This document shows positions 7,472 through 15,978 of a DNA stretch of 32,166 nt, in pieces. Origin of the DNA: a virus. Below the pieces are notes generated by a model. The model had not been told where the DNA came from. It was given only the letters and a program-made list of their open reading frames with translations, and did no database searches. Numbering within the stretch: the stretch's first letter is position 1; each line of letters starts with the position of its first letter. The stretch covers positions 1 to 32,166 of the IMG/VR virus record IMGVR_UViG_3300021963_000428, one strand, 5' to 3'. The position numbers and the translations under genes are program-made.

Positions 7472-7766
7472 TTATAACCTTTGCAGTTATCAGATTACCA
7501 TTACTATCAAATTCTAACTCAAGATTTTCTATTTCTCCATGAGTAGCTACTCTAAATATAGGTGCTCTACCAATCTGAATTACGTTATATCTATGAATTT
7601 GATTCATAGGTTTTACTCTATATTCTACATTTTCATTAAAGCTAGGAAAGTTACCACCTACTAATGAGAGCCTAGGCACAGTAATCCATTGACCTAAACT
7701 ATAGTATTGGACTTCCTTATCTTCAAGATAAGCAATAATAATATCATGATGAGGATGAATCTTCAT
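7464..7766 (-). CDS. Hypothetical protein
   Basis: 100-aa collinear ORF. Confidence 0.5.
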   Translation of the reverse strand: MKIHPHHDIIIAYLEDKEVQYYSLGQWITVPRLSLVGGNFPSFNENVEYRVKPMNQIHRYNVIQIGRAPIFRVATHGEIENLELEFDSNGNLITAKVINA

Positions 7767-7992
7767 ACATTTCCTGTGTAATAAAATTGTTTCTCATTAG
7801 TTGATTCCTTACATCATTAGGTAAGAAATAAACTCCATCGTAGTCTTTTAATTTCATGTCTTCATCAAACCAAAGACCACCGCCATTTTCATCCCCAAAT
7901 ATGTTATCTTCAAACCAACCATATTTAGTTTCAGTATTAACATGAATCTCAAACTTATTAGTCGAGAGGTCTACGCTGTGTGAAGTCAACAC
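7744..7992 (-). CDS. Hypothetical protein
   Basis: 82-aa collinear ORF. Confidence 0.5.
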   Translation of the reverse strand: MLTSHSVDLSTNKFEIHVNTETKYGWFEDNIFGDENGGGLWFDEDMKLKDYDGVYFLPNDVRNQLMRNNFITQEMYEDSSSS

Positions 7993-8587
7993 TTACCTCC
8001 TCTGGGTAAATTAAATTGTAAATAGTATTTAATGTTTCAAAAGTATTATCAGATAATCTTTCAATTACCACACTTGAAGTCATCCACCTGTTAACTAAAT
8101 CTGGCCTACCTTCATGACCAATACAGAAACCTTTTAATTGATCATGAATACCATCAGTTGAAATAGCTTCACTACCTAATTTAACAACTATAATAGCTAG
8201 TGGTTTTCCTTTACGAAACTCTAATTCATCCCTAAAGACTTTAACTAGATGGTGACGGGCATGACCTTCATCAAGAATCCTTTGAATATGATTTGTAGAT
8301 AAATGCTTTAGCTTTGCCCATACAAGTGGACCTTTACCTTCTTTGCCATAAGTACCCCAACGAAACCAATCACGAATTTTAGCATGAGGGTCATCATCAT
8401 AGACAGATAGATCTTCTCCATTGTCTTCATCATGCCATGTCCTACGAATGTACTGAACACCACCATCTACCATATACAACTTACCATTAGCATCTGTATG
8501 TTCTACATAGTCATGCACATGATTAGATTGTAATACAGTACCGTCTGGTGTCCTCATAACATTAGCTAATAATTTACGTTCATTCAT
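7958..8587 (-). CDS. Conserved phage hypothetical protein
   Basis: 209-aa ORF with LSTNHIQRILDEGHARHHLVKVFRDELEFRK. Confidence 0.65.
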   Translation of the reverse strand: MNERKLLANVMRTPDGTVLQSNHVHDYVEHTDANGKLYMVDGGVQYIRRTWHDEDNGEDLSVYDDDPHAKIRDWFRWGTYGKEGKGPLVWAKLKHLSTNHIQRILDEGHARHHLVKVFRDELEFRKGKPLAIIVVKLGSEAISTDGIHDQLKGFCIGHEGRPDLVNRWMTSSVVIERLSDNTFETLNTIYNLIYPEEVSVDFTQRRPLD

Positions 8588-8769
8588 TTAATATCTCCAC
8601 TTTTTACTAACCATTCAAATGTACTCCAGAGTTGCTTAAACTTTAGATCATAGTACTTTGCTAAAGTCTCAATATCATTCTCGTTATCTAGCCTCCTTAG
8701 ATCTTCAATTACATGCATACAAGCAAGGATGTCTTGCTCAAGCTCGAATCTTGTGGTTTCTTTTTCCAT
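8584..8769 (-). CDS. Hypothetical protein
   Basis: 61-aa collinear ORF. Confidence 0.5.
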   Translation of the reverse strand: MEKETTRFELEQDILACMHVIEDLRRLDNENDIETLAKYYDLKFKQLWSTFEWLVKSGDIK

Positions 8770-8856
8770 ACAATGTAAATTCCATTTGCGTTAAATTTAG
8801 CCCATTCAATAGCCGCTTTACGAGTCTTGAATACTTTATCAGGATTACCCTTTGTC

Positions 8857-9057
8857 CTACAAATCCATTTCATTTTTGAAAGCATTTAATTGAGAGGGAG
8901 TCATATAATAATCTAATATTGCATAAATATGAGGTAAAATACTTTTATCTGAAAAAGAATTATTCGAATCGCTAATAAACTTATAGTTTGCCTTTAATTC
9001 TTGAATAATAATTAAATCAATTTGTTCAGGTTCTAAATCAATATTTATTCTAGTCAT
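8857..9057 (-). CDS. Hypothetical protein
   Basis: 66-aa collinear ORF. Confidence 0.5.
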   Translation of the reverse strand: MTRINIDLEPEQIDLIIIQELKANYKFISDSNNSFSDKSILPHIYAILDYYMTPSQLNAFKNEMDL

Positions 9058-9200
9058 TTTGCTGCTTCCATATATAAACCTACATTGCCTAATGCATAAC
9101 CTACAAAGGCAATACCTAATCCTGTACTACCCTTTATAAGTAAATCAATTGCTACTACAGTGTATACAATACCTACTACTCCAATTAACCAAGCACTCAT
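9054..9200 (-). CDS. Small membrane protein (48 aa), missing from the ORF track
   Basis: My translation: MSAWLIGVVGIVYTVVAIDLLIKGSTGLGIAFVGYALGNVGLYMEAAK*; ATGA overlaps with the next gene. Confidence 0.65.
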   Translation of the reverse strand: MSAWLIGVVGIVYTVVAIDLLIKGSTGLGIAFVGYALGNVGLYMEAAK

Positions 9201-9421
9201 TTTAATTCCTCATAAATAGTATCATCGTAACTATCTTTAAAAGACCATACTCGATTACAGGCAGAACAACTTAAATTACCTGTAGTTATACTTAAATCTA
9301 CTGGAATATTGTTTCCGTTTTTATCATACACAGGTGCAGCATAACCTGCAGTCCTAAATGTGTTACTAATAGTAAACCTACAATCACTTCTCATGCAATT
9401 TAAAAGTCTAAATCTTTTCAT
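9197..9421 (-). CDS. Small Cys-rich (possible zinc ribbon) protein
   Basis: 74 aa with LNCMRSDCRF ... LSCSACNRVW. Confidence 0.5.
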   Translation of the reverse strand: MKRFRLLNCMRSDCRFTISNTFRTAGYAAPVYDKNGNNIPVDLSITTGNLSCSACNRVWSFKDSYDDTIYEELK

Positions 9422-9430
9422 TTTAAAACC

Positions 9431-9709
9431 TTATTCGTAATCGTAATCCCAATCTTCTAATTCTTGATTTAAGAAAGTATCTTTAATCTCATCAATAATC
9501 CATTCTTGTATAATGTCAGTAATATCAATTCTATCTGAATTATGTGGTGATATAATAGACACAGAAAGTACCTCAGTCATATCATCGTAGTCTGGCTCAA
9601 GCTGTAAACCTGTGCCGATCTCTCTAGCACCTAACTGGGCTGGCTCATAGTCAATTTCACATTCAAGGTGGAAAGAACCATGTTTGTAAAGAAATGTATG
9701 TACACTCAT
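9431..9709 (-). CDS. Hypothetical acidic protein
   Basis: 92-aa collinear ORF. Confidence 0.5.
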   Translation of the reverse strand: MSVHTFLYKHGSFHLECEIDYEPAQLGAREIGTGLQLEPDYDDMTEVLSVSIISPHNSDRIDITDIIQEWIIDEIKDTFLNQELEDWDYDYE

Positions 9710-9843
9710 CTTGCTAATACTCCAATAAGCATGTTAATCGCTTGCACAATTTGTATTTGTTCCATAGGGTCTAACTGATGCCAAGGCCTAGAACCTGGAA
9801 ATTTAGCTCTAGCGGCTTCATAAAATCTTTCTACATCACTCAT
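9706..9843 (-). CDS. Small hypothetical protein (45 aa), missing from the ORF track
   Basis: My translation: MSDVERFYEAARAKFPGSRPWHQLDPMEQIQIVQAINMLIGVLAR*; ATGA junctions at both ends. Confidence 0.65.
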   Translation of the reverse strand: MSDVERFYEAARAKFPGSRPWHQLDPMEQIQIVQAINMLIGVLAR

Positions 9844-10064
9844 AGTTTAATATCCATTTCACAATAAACATCACTATCAAAATGTTCAGCAACCCATTCG
9901 TAAGGATCGCCATCATTAGCTTTTCTAGTTCCATTAGGCATATCATCAAAGTAATATTCATAAAGATCTTGGAACAAGTCGTCAGACATCTCCCAAGTCT
10001 CTAAAAAATTAGGAATCTCTGCTATGTGTTTTTCACAAATCTCGCTCAATCTCGTCTTGATCAT
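9840..10064 (-). CDS. Hypothetical protein
   Basis: 74-aa collinear ORF. Confidence 0.5.
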   Translation of the reverse strand: MIKTRLSEICEKHIAEIPNFLETWEMSDDLFQDLYEYYFDDMPNGTRKANDGDPYEWVAEHFDSDVYCEMDIKL

Positions 10065-10281
10065 AAATCCTTTCAGCTAGATCACAAATTTGAAAGAAAG
10101 GTGCCCTACGAATTGATGCATTATCTGGTAGTTCAATCCAAAAATCATTCCAGAAATAAGGCGTATTCATCTTTATATTGCGGTCAGAGTAATACTTTCG
10201 TACTGTATTAAAAATATGTAAATAGTAGTCATGAGCATAAACTAGCTCAACTACTTTTGCATGCTCTTCATTTGAGATCAT
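10033..10281 (-). CDS. Hypothetical protein
   Basis: 82-aa collinear ORF. Confidence 0.5.
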   Translation of the reverse strand: MISNEEHAKVVELVYAHDYYLHIFNTVRKYYSDRNIKMNTPYFWNDFWIELPDNASIRRAPFFQICDLAERIYDQDEIERDL

Positions 10282-10471
10282 ATTCTACCTGATTTAAAAA
10301 TACTTCAGCCTCTTCTTTAGTTTTAAAAGGACCATACATTTTATCTGAGTCATAATGATAAGCATCAAATGTTTTATCTGTCTGGTTTTCACTGACATCA
10401 CCAATTGGATAGCCAAATAAGTCTTCAAGAGTATAAACTATTTTCATACTGTGTTTCCTAAGAATGTCCAT
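10268..10471 (-). CDS. Hypothetical protein
   Basis: 67-aa collinear ORF. Confidence 0.5.
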   Translation of the reverse strand: MDILRKHSMKIVYTLEDLFGYPIGDVSENQTDKTFDAYHYDSDKMYGPFKTKEEAEVFLNQVEYDLK

Positions 10472-10698
10472 GTTTTAGGTAGAATAAATCCAAATTCTCT
10501 TTTAAATTTAAATCTCATAAATACTTGAAGTTCTTCAAATGATTTATCTAGCAAAATTCTTTTTACAAAAATTTGAGCAAGTATTTGTCTACTATTTTTA
10601 TCTAGTAATTGAATTTTAATTGTACCATCTTTCTCTGCTTTAAAACGATTATATGCAATAATGACTTGTTCCAATTTAACATTTTTCTTGGCGTTCAT
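10444..10698 (-). CDS. Hypothetical protein
   Basis: 84-aa collinear ORF. Confidence 0.5.
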   Translation of the reverse strand: MNAKKNVKLEQVIIAYNRFKAEKDGTIKIQLLDKNSRQILAQIFVKRILLDKSFEELQVFMRFKFKREFGFILPKTWTFLGNTV

Positions 10699-10852
10699 TT
10701 TGTATCACTTTATAAAGTTCTTTCTTAATTATTGCTAATTCATTAAGAGTATCAACTGTTGCTTCTCCTGAGATCTGTATTAGGCTTAATAGCAAGAATC
10801 GTTTAACAACTTTATCTTGCTGCTGAATTAATTTATTTACTACTTTAATCAA
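10676..10852 (-). CDS. Possible small protein (58 aa) with TTG start
   Basis: My translation: (TTG)IKVVNKLIQQQDKVVKRFLLLSLIQISGEATVDTLNELAIIKKELYKVIQNERQEKC*; fills the only gap here and overlaps both neighbours slightly. Confidence 0.4.
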   Translation of the reverse strand: MIKVVNKLIQQQDKVVKRFLLLSLIQISGEATVDTLNELAIIKKELYKVIQNERQEKC

Positions 10853-11042
10853 TCCAACTTGCCCCTATTACTGATGGATAAAACCCTGTTATTGTATTAT
10901 TTTCTCTTATATAGATTATTCCAGTAGAACTAGATTTATGGGGTTTTACAAAGCTGATTACTTCACAAGCTTCTCCTCGAAAAGTCTTAACTTTATCACC
11001 TTCCATAACACAACGTCCTGTATCATTATAAACTAGTTTCAT
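10845..11042 (-). CDS. Hypothetical protein
   Basis: 65-aa ORF: MKLVYNDTGRCVMEGDKVKTFRGEACEVISF... Confidence 0.6.
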   Translation of the reverse strand: MKLVYNDTGRCVMEGDKVKTFRGEACEVISFVKPHKSSSTGIIYIRENNTITGFYPSVIGASWID

Positions 11043-11044
11043 AA

Positions 11045-12199
11045 TTATTCCTTATAAATAATATCAAACAAATACTCAATAACCTGATCCTCATCATAAC
11101 CTACACGAAGCATATCTTCTGCATCAAGAATAACTTCTTCTGTAATTGCATTTCTATTTAGAAATTTCATTGCAGTGTCTGAGTTTTCAGGATGGATAAA
11201 ATTAGCAATTAGTTCTAACAAATCATTCTTTAAACCAAACTTAGCATCGCTTAAACAATCAATTAAATTAGTCTGCTCTTCAGTGTAAACTGTTGGACCT
11301 ACTGGATCATCATTATCTAAACCATAATCAGCAGAAGGAGTTCCATAGTTACTATAACCATAAGCATCTTTGTTATAAGTAGGAAATGCAGTATAATAGG
11401 TTGGTGTATAAGTAGGTGCAAGCTCATCAGGGTCTGGTACACTAGGATCACGAACTACTGGTAGTTTATCCCACTGCATCTCTAATACAGCTTTAGCTAA
11501 GTCTTCAAAGTGAATCATATCTAATTTTTCATTAGGTGTATGTTCAGAATAATAGCCAACACTAATATTAGTACATTCAGGGATTATTCCAGAGAATTCA
11601 GCAGTATCAGTATAAACACCAGTATCATCAGGGACATACATAAAGTCAGGGCATAAATCGTTAAGCTGATCAGATAATGCGTAAGCAAAATCATCAGAGC
11701 AAGTACGACCACACATTTGATGAGTAATAACACTGTGAGTTCCTTTACGATCGAATGTAATTGCCTTAGTAAACTGTTCAACTAGTTCTTGATCATTTAA
11801 TGCAAGCCAGCTAGAACCGATACCACCTTTTTCTTCACCTTGAAAGAACACATAGTAGCCAGGCACTCTGTGATCAATCATATGAAGCAAAATAGCAACA
11901 CCTGCACCATCATCAGCGCCAAGGGGTTTTCCACCATCAGCTAATAAGTATTGACCCTCATATTTAAAAGTATTAAAGCCATCTTCACGATGTACAGTGT
12001 CTACGTGAGCAGTAAACATAGTTTCGTTAGATGAATCATCTCTCATGTCAACATGAATATTACCACAGAAATCTACGGAGAGATCTCCCTCACCAACACG
12101 TTCTACAATATAGTTACATAGCGCAGTTACTCCAGTTCCACCATGTGGTCTCTTAAAAGATAACGCATATTCTAGATCTTTAATTAATTGAGTCTTCAT
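11045..12199 (-). CDS. M20-family-like metallopeptidase (PepT-like) with extra C-terminal region
   Basis: TAHVDTV, LGADDGAGVAILL, FQGEEKGGIGS, TFDRKG, GYYSEHTPNEKLD: the metal-binding and catalytic positions of M20 peptidases. Confidence 0.88.
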   Translation of the reverse strand: MKTQLIKDLEYALSFKRPHGGTGVTALCNYIVERVGEGDLSVDFCGNIHVDMRDDSSNETMFTAHVDTVHREDGFNTFKYEGQYLLADGGKPLGADDGAGVAILLHMIDHRVPGYYVFFQGEEKGGIGSSWLALNDQELVEQFTKAITFDRKGTHSVITHQMCGRTCSDDFAYALSDQLNDLCPDFMYVPDDTGVYTDTAEFSGIIPECTNISVGYYSEHTPNEKLDMIHFEDLAKAVLEMQWDKLPVVRDPSVPDPDELAPTYTPTYYTAFPTYNKDAYGYSNYGTPSADYGLDNDDPVGPTVYTEEQTNLIDCLSDAKFGLKNDLLELIANFIHPENSDTAMKFLNRNAITEEVILDAEDMLRVGYDEDQVIEYLFDIIYKE

Positions 12200-13545
12200 T
12201 CTGTTTCTTCCAATGTTACTGGCAAATGTTCAGGGTGATAAGTTTTACCATTAAATTCTATAGGTTCTGCATCATCTATTAAATACCAAGTAAGTGATGC
12301 GTAACAGCAATACACTTCATGTCTTGGATAAGCAATACCATCATGCAAGAGTACCCAGTCTTTTTCTGGACCTACATCAGATTTTAATACACGGATATCG
12401 TCACTATTAGTCTCATATGTATCTTCTTCTTTAGCATACTCACCATCTTGTATCTCTACTAAATCATGATGATCTAAATACTCCATATGATAGTATTCTC
12501 CTTCAAAGCTAATCACATTATCCTCGTGAATACGCTCTTTGTAAAGACTATTATCTACATAAGCCATTACATAATAGTTATCTGCACAATCATAACAAAC
12601 ATCATCATCTTCGTATACAGATCTCATATCATCTGAATTATAATACTCATCGCAGCAATTACAATGACAATCAGCACTATTGCAAGGATTGCCATCGGTA
12701 TTAGTACATTCAAAGTCACCATCTTCACAAATAATTAAGCTATGTGAAACTCCTTTATAATTCAGTCCACTTCTTTTACTTACTCGTTGATGTTCTCCGT
12801 CAATATAAGGGGCTAAGAAATCATTATTGTTACTAAAATACTTTAATGGAACGCCATCAGGCCATCCATCATAGTGCTTGTAACCAGTTTCTTTCAACCA
12901 ATACTCTAATGCCTCATCAGCATAACTATAATCATTTCCTCTCTTATAGCTGCGAACAAAACATTTTTCTTTATCATCATCAGAATGCCATACTAATGCA
13001 CGACCATTAATTGACTTTGTATCAGGGTCAAGTCTAACTGCGGCTTTCCAACCTAGTTCAGGTGCATAAACCCGATAAGGGTGTAAGTAATCAGGGCAAT
13101 ACTCATGATGTCCAGGTGTATAAGAAGAATCCCAAGTCATGCAGGAACGTGGACCTTTCTGAACACTTAAAATAATACCGTCTGAGTCTTCCCAGAGCTC
13201 AAATGTATCGTTACGACATTTAGTAGCAAAGTCACGGATCTCATGATCTTTTAACTGTGGAAACATTCTACGGATATAACGTCCGAAGGTAGTAACAGTC
13301 TGACGATCACTGTCGCCTGAACGCTCATCACGAGTAAATGCAACATTACTAGCATCCTTAACAGACATATGAGGAAACTCTAATGCTAACAAGCGATAAT
13401 TTTCAGGAACATGTTTCTTCATGATATCTTTAATCACAGGGTGAAACTCATAAGCCCTCTGTTCTCTTGCATGCCAATCTCTCGACATACGGAGAATTTC
13501 TAATACTACAGGAAATTTAATTTCTAACTCTTGAATTGTAATCAT
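12196..13545 (-). CDS. Large Cys-rich phage protein of unknown function
   Basis: 449 aa; CNSADCHCNCCDEYYNSDDM ... VCYDCADNYY, then ISFEGEYYH / IEFNGKTYHPEHL repeats. Confidence 0.7.
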   Translation of the reverse strand: MITIQELEIKFPVVLEILRMSRDWHAREQRAYEFHPVIKDIMKKHVPENYRLLALEFPHMSVKDASNVAFTRDERSGDSDRQTVTTFGRYIRRMFPQLKDHEIRDFATKCRNDTFELWEDSDGIILSVQKGPRSCMTWDSSYTPGHHEYCPDYLHPYRVYAPELGWKAAVRLDPDTKSINGRALVWHSDDDKEKCFVRSYKRGNDYSYADEALEYWLKETGYKHYDGWPDGVPLKYFSNNNDFLAPYIDGEHQRVSKRSGLNYKGVSHSLIICEDGDFECTNTDGNPCNSADCHCNCCDEYYNSDDMRSVYEDDDVCYDCADNYYVMAYVDNSLYKERIHEDNVISFEGEYYHMEYLDHHDLVEIQDGEYAKEEDTYETNSDDIRVLKSDVGPEKDWVLLHDGIAYPRHEVYCCYASLTWYLIDDAEPIEFNGKTYHPEHLPVTLEETE

Positions 13546-13870
13546 TTATTTCTCTTGAAAGATTTAAAATATAATTTGCTTTCTGAAAAACCCAAGGGTT
13601 TCTGTGTGGTAGATGTGCTCCAGTAGCTCCATCCCAATCTCTAAATTCCCAATCGTAAAAATCAATTCTTAAACAACTTGGGTGTTCTTCTTGTAGTTTT
13701 TGTAATTCATCAGCCCATGCTTGCCACTGATGATCAGAGATTATGCTTTCATTTAGCTCATAATAGATACACGAATGTATTAACATTTGTGATCTTCGCC
13801 TTCTTACTAATTCTACTAATTCGCTTGAACAAATAGTTTTAGTAGTCGTTATTTTCTTAGGCCGTGGCAT
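13517..13870 (-). CDS. Protein with segment like the Ia domain of NAD-dependent DNA ligase
   Basis: MLIHSCIYYELNESIISDHQWQAWADELQKLQEEHPS resembles the LigA Ia region (HNYxYYxxDxPxISDxEYDxLxxELxxLExxHP). Confidence 0.5.
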   Translation of the reverse strand: MPRPKKITTTKTICSSELVELVRRRRSQMLIHSCIYYELNESIISDHQWQAWADELQKLQEEHPSCLRIDFYDWEFRDWDGATGAHLPHRNPWVFQKANYILNLSREINDYNSRVRN

Positions 13871-14129
13871 CTTCCCTACTCAATATGCTAAAAAGAGTTT
13901 CTTGTCTAATTTTTGTAGGTGGACCATCATCTAACAACTCTAATGTCTCTTGAAGTAAATTAATATTATCCCACTCAAAAGAGTATCTTGACTGAATAAC
14001 ATTACTAGATTTAATCATACGTAATGCTAAGTATGCTTCGTAACTAGAAGGATAAATAAAATTACTAGTGTTGTTAATTGCATGAATTTCTTCTAACAAC
14101 TCATTTGCTAATGTCGTCAGTGTTTTCAT
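13857..14129 (-). CDS. Hypothetical protein
   Basis: Internal ATG (MKTLTTLANELLEEIH) preferred over 14234, because the longer form would overlap its neighbour by about 130 nt. Confidence 0.5.
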   Translation of the reverse strand: MKTLTTLANELLEEIHAINNTSNFIYPSSYEAYLALRMIKSSNVIQSRYSFEWDNINLLQETLELLDDGPPTKIRQETLFSILSREDATA

Positions 14130-14406
14130 CTGTAAGTTCCTTGATGATATAAGCTTTTGTATTAAATATTGTGGAGTTATGAGGATTATAAGTATCCCTC
14201 CAACTAAACCTTCTTCCTCTACTTTCCATCTCAAATCTACGCTTACTGTTAATATTACCTACAGCCATTGCTACTATCTTATCTGCAAAGAAATGTTCTC
14301 TTCCTTTGTTATCTGCCTTTGGTTTAAAATCTTTTATTTCTCCAAGTAATTTGTATTCTTTTAATACTCTTTTAGCTTCTATTGATAATGTATTTGATTT
14401 AACCAT
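14101..14406 (-). CDS. Hypothetical protein
   Basis: 101-aa collinear ORF. Confidence 0.55.
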   Translation of the reverse strand: MVKSNTLSIEAKRVLKEYKLLGEIKDFKPKADNKGREHFFADKIVAMAVGNINSKRRFEMESRGRRFSWRDTYNPHNSTIFNTKAYIIKELTDENTDDISK

Positions 14407-14611
14407 TTATATCCTTTTTACATAAAGCACATACTTTATTTATTTTAGGTAATGAATCTAAAGCTTCTGATAACGCATCATAAGCATAATGGCTAGCACA
14501 AGCATAACCAGATTCAAATGCACTCATGTTATCGTCTGCTTTACGTTCTTCTTTAAATCGTTTTAAAAGTTCAAGTAATAATTTATATTTTTCAATTGGG
14601 ATTGTTATCAT
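14399..14611 (-). CDS. Hypothetical protein
   Basis: 70-aa collinear ORF ending in CALCKKDING. Confidence 0.5.
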   Translation of the reverse strand: MITIPIEKYKLLLELLKRFKEERKADDNMSAFESGYACASHYAYDALSEALDSLPKINKVCALCKKDING

Positions 14612-14783
14612 TTAACCTCTTTAAAAGACGAGTAATTTGGCTAAGACTTTTATTATACGATTCTTTAAGTTCCTCATCAGTACAAAATGAATTAGAAAAT
14701 TGCCAATATCTCTTTTCCATTTGTTGTTCTATTTCTCTTAGTTCATAATGTAACCAGTCTTCAATATCCTTTTCGCTTATCAT
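14592..14783 (-). CDS. Hypothetical protein
   Basis: 63-aa collinear ORF. Confidence 0.5.
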   Translation of the reverse strand: MISEKDIEDWLHYELREIEQQMEKRYWQFSNSFCTDEELKESYNKSLSQITRLLKRLNDNNPN

Positions 14784-14800
14784 TTTATCCTTAATAAAAT

Positions 14801-14826
14801 AGCCCCAACTATTTCTAGCTAGGGCT
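14801..14826 (-). terminator. Weak hairpin followed by U-rich tract after clpP
   Basis: Minus strand AGCCCTAGCTAGAAATAGTTGGGGCTATTTTATT. Confidence 0.35.
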
Positions 14827-14830
14827 TGGG

Positions 14831-15514
14831 TTACGGATTCTTAATCACTTCATCTACAATACCGTGTATAACTGCTTCATCTGGAGAGAAGAAACAATCT
14901 GATTGTTGTAACAAATGTTTACGAATATATGTCACAGATTTACCTGTACATTTACGATAATGATTGACCATTCTTGCTGTGTCTAATTGAAAATCTTTTG
15001 AAGCAGCAGCTATCTCATGCTCTTTACCAACAACTCCACGAGAAAACTGATGAGACATTACAGAACAATTTTCAGTGATAAATCGATTATTCTTATGACC
15101 TGCCATTAATAGCATTACCCCAGCAGAGGCAATCTCACCAGTACCAATTGTAGCTACAGGAATAGTAGATTGTTTGATAGTATCAATTAAATGATAAGCA
15201 GATGAAACAAAGCCACCTGGACTATTAATAAACAATACAAGCTTTCCTGGTTGATCTTCTTTAGCCATCAAGTTGTATTCCATAATAGCCATAATGATAG
15301 GTTGTACAGAATCATCTTCTACTTCACCCATAAGATACATAATGCCATTACGCATAATGTTCTTTCCAAACCAATAATAGTTACCTTCATTCTCCTCTGG
15401 ATTTAAGGGTTGAGGCGAATTAGGCGACTCTGGTTCTTTTGGAGAGTTTGGTTTAGCTTTAGCATTAAACACACTTGAGTACTTGTTGAACTGGCAACCG
15501 AATAATTTGCTCAT
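14831..15514 (-). CDS. clpP: ClpP-like serine protease
   Basis: LFINSPGGFVSSAYHLIDTI, TIGTGEIASAGVMLLMAG (nucleophile Ser), SVMSHQFSRG (His), FFSPDEAVIHGIVDEVI. Confidence 0.9.
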   Translation of the reverse strand: MSKLFGCQFNKYSSVFNAKAKPNSPKEPESPNSPQPLNPEENEGNYYWFGKNIMRNGIMYLMGEVEDDSVQPIIMAIMEYNLMAKEDQPGKLVLFINSPGGFVSSAYHLIDTIKQSTIPVATIGTGEIASAGVMLLMAGHKNNRFITENCSVMSHQFSRGVVGKEHEIAAASKDFQLDTARMVNHYRKCTGKSVTYIRKHLLQQSDCFFSPDEAVIHGIVDEVIKNP

Positions 15515-15923
15515 TTGATAATTCCTTAGTTGAAATAAATAATTCTCCTGGCTCTAAATAAATGTCAGCAGGGCTTGTTACTTTCCACCTACCAAGTGAA
15601 CCTGAACGATTAATAATATTGTTGTTTACATCGTTCATTGTAACTACATCTGTAGATCCACTAACAATAAATGTGATGCCTGTATCCCATAAATCATCAA
15701 CAAGTTTTAAAGTATCTTTATTAATATCTTCAATAACTAGCCTAAATTGAGAAACATGGACATTACTTTTATCAACAAAATCTTTAATCTTCTGTATCAA
15801 TGTCATCGTCTTCTTTGGAGCTATACTCATCCCACCATCGTCCTTGTTGTCGCTCTCGCTTATAGGGTCGTTTGTGTCTGTCGGAGTGAGAAGTTCGCTC
15901 GTCTTTAAATTGCTTTTCTTCAC
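15465..15923 (-). CDS. Hypothetical protein
   Basis: 152-aa ORF overlapping clpP start by 50 nt. Confidence 0.5.
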   Translation of the reverse strand: MKKSNLKTSELLTPTDTNDPISESDNKDDGGMSIAPKKTMTLIQKIKDFVDKSNVHVSQFRLVIEDINKDTLKLVDDLWDTGITFIVSGSTDVVTMNDVNNNIINRSGSLGRWKVTSPADIYLEPGELFISTKELSNEQIIRLPVQQVLKCV

Positions 15924-15978
15924 GTTCTAATTCCTGCCAATTGTTATTCTTGATCATTTGTGTAACTACGTTTAACAC
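15784..15978 (-). CDS. Hypothetical highly charged protein
   Basis: 64-aa ORF; substantial overlap (about 140 nt) with the ORF ending at 15923 lowers confidence. Confidence 0.35.
   Translation of the reverse strand: MLNVVTQMIKNNNWQELEREEKQFKDERTSHSDRHKRPYKRERQQGRWWDEYSSKEDDDIDTED

Noticed and set aside
5669-14783. The dense block of small genes as a defence island or CRISPR/toxin-antitoxin locus
   Set aside because: No repeat-spacer array, no restriction, Cas, or recognisable TA motifs; it looks like an ordinary phage accessory region with tightly coupled small genes.
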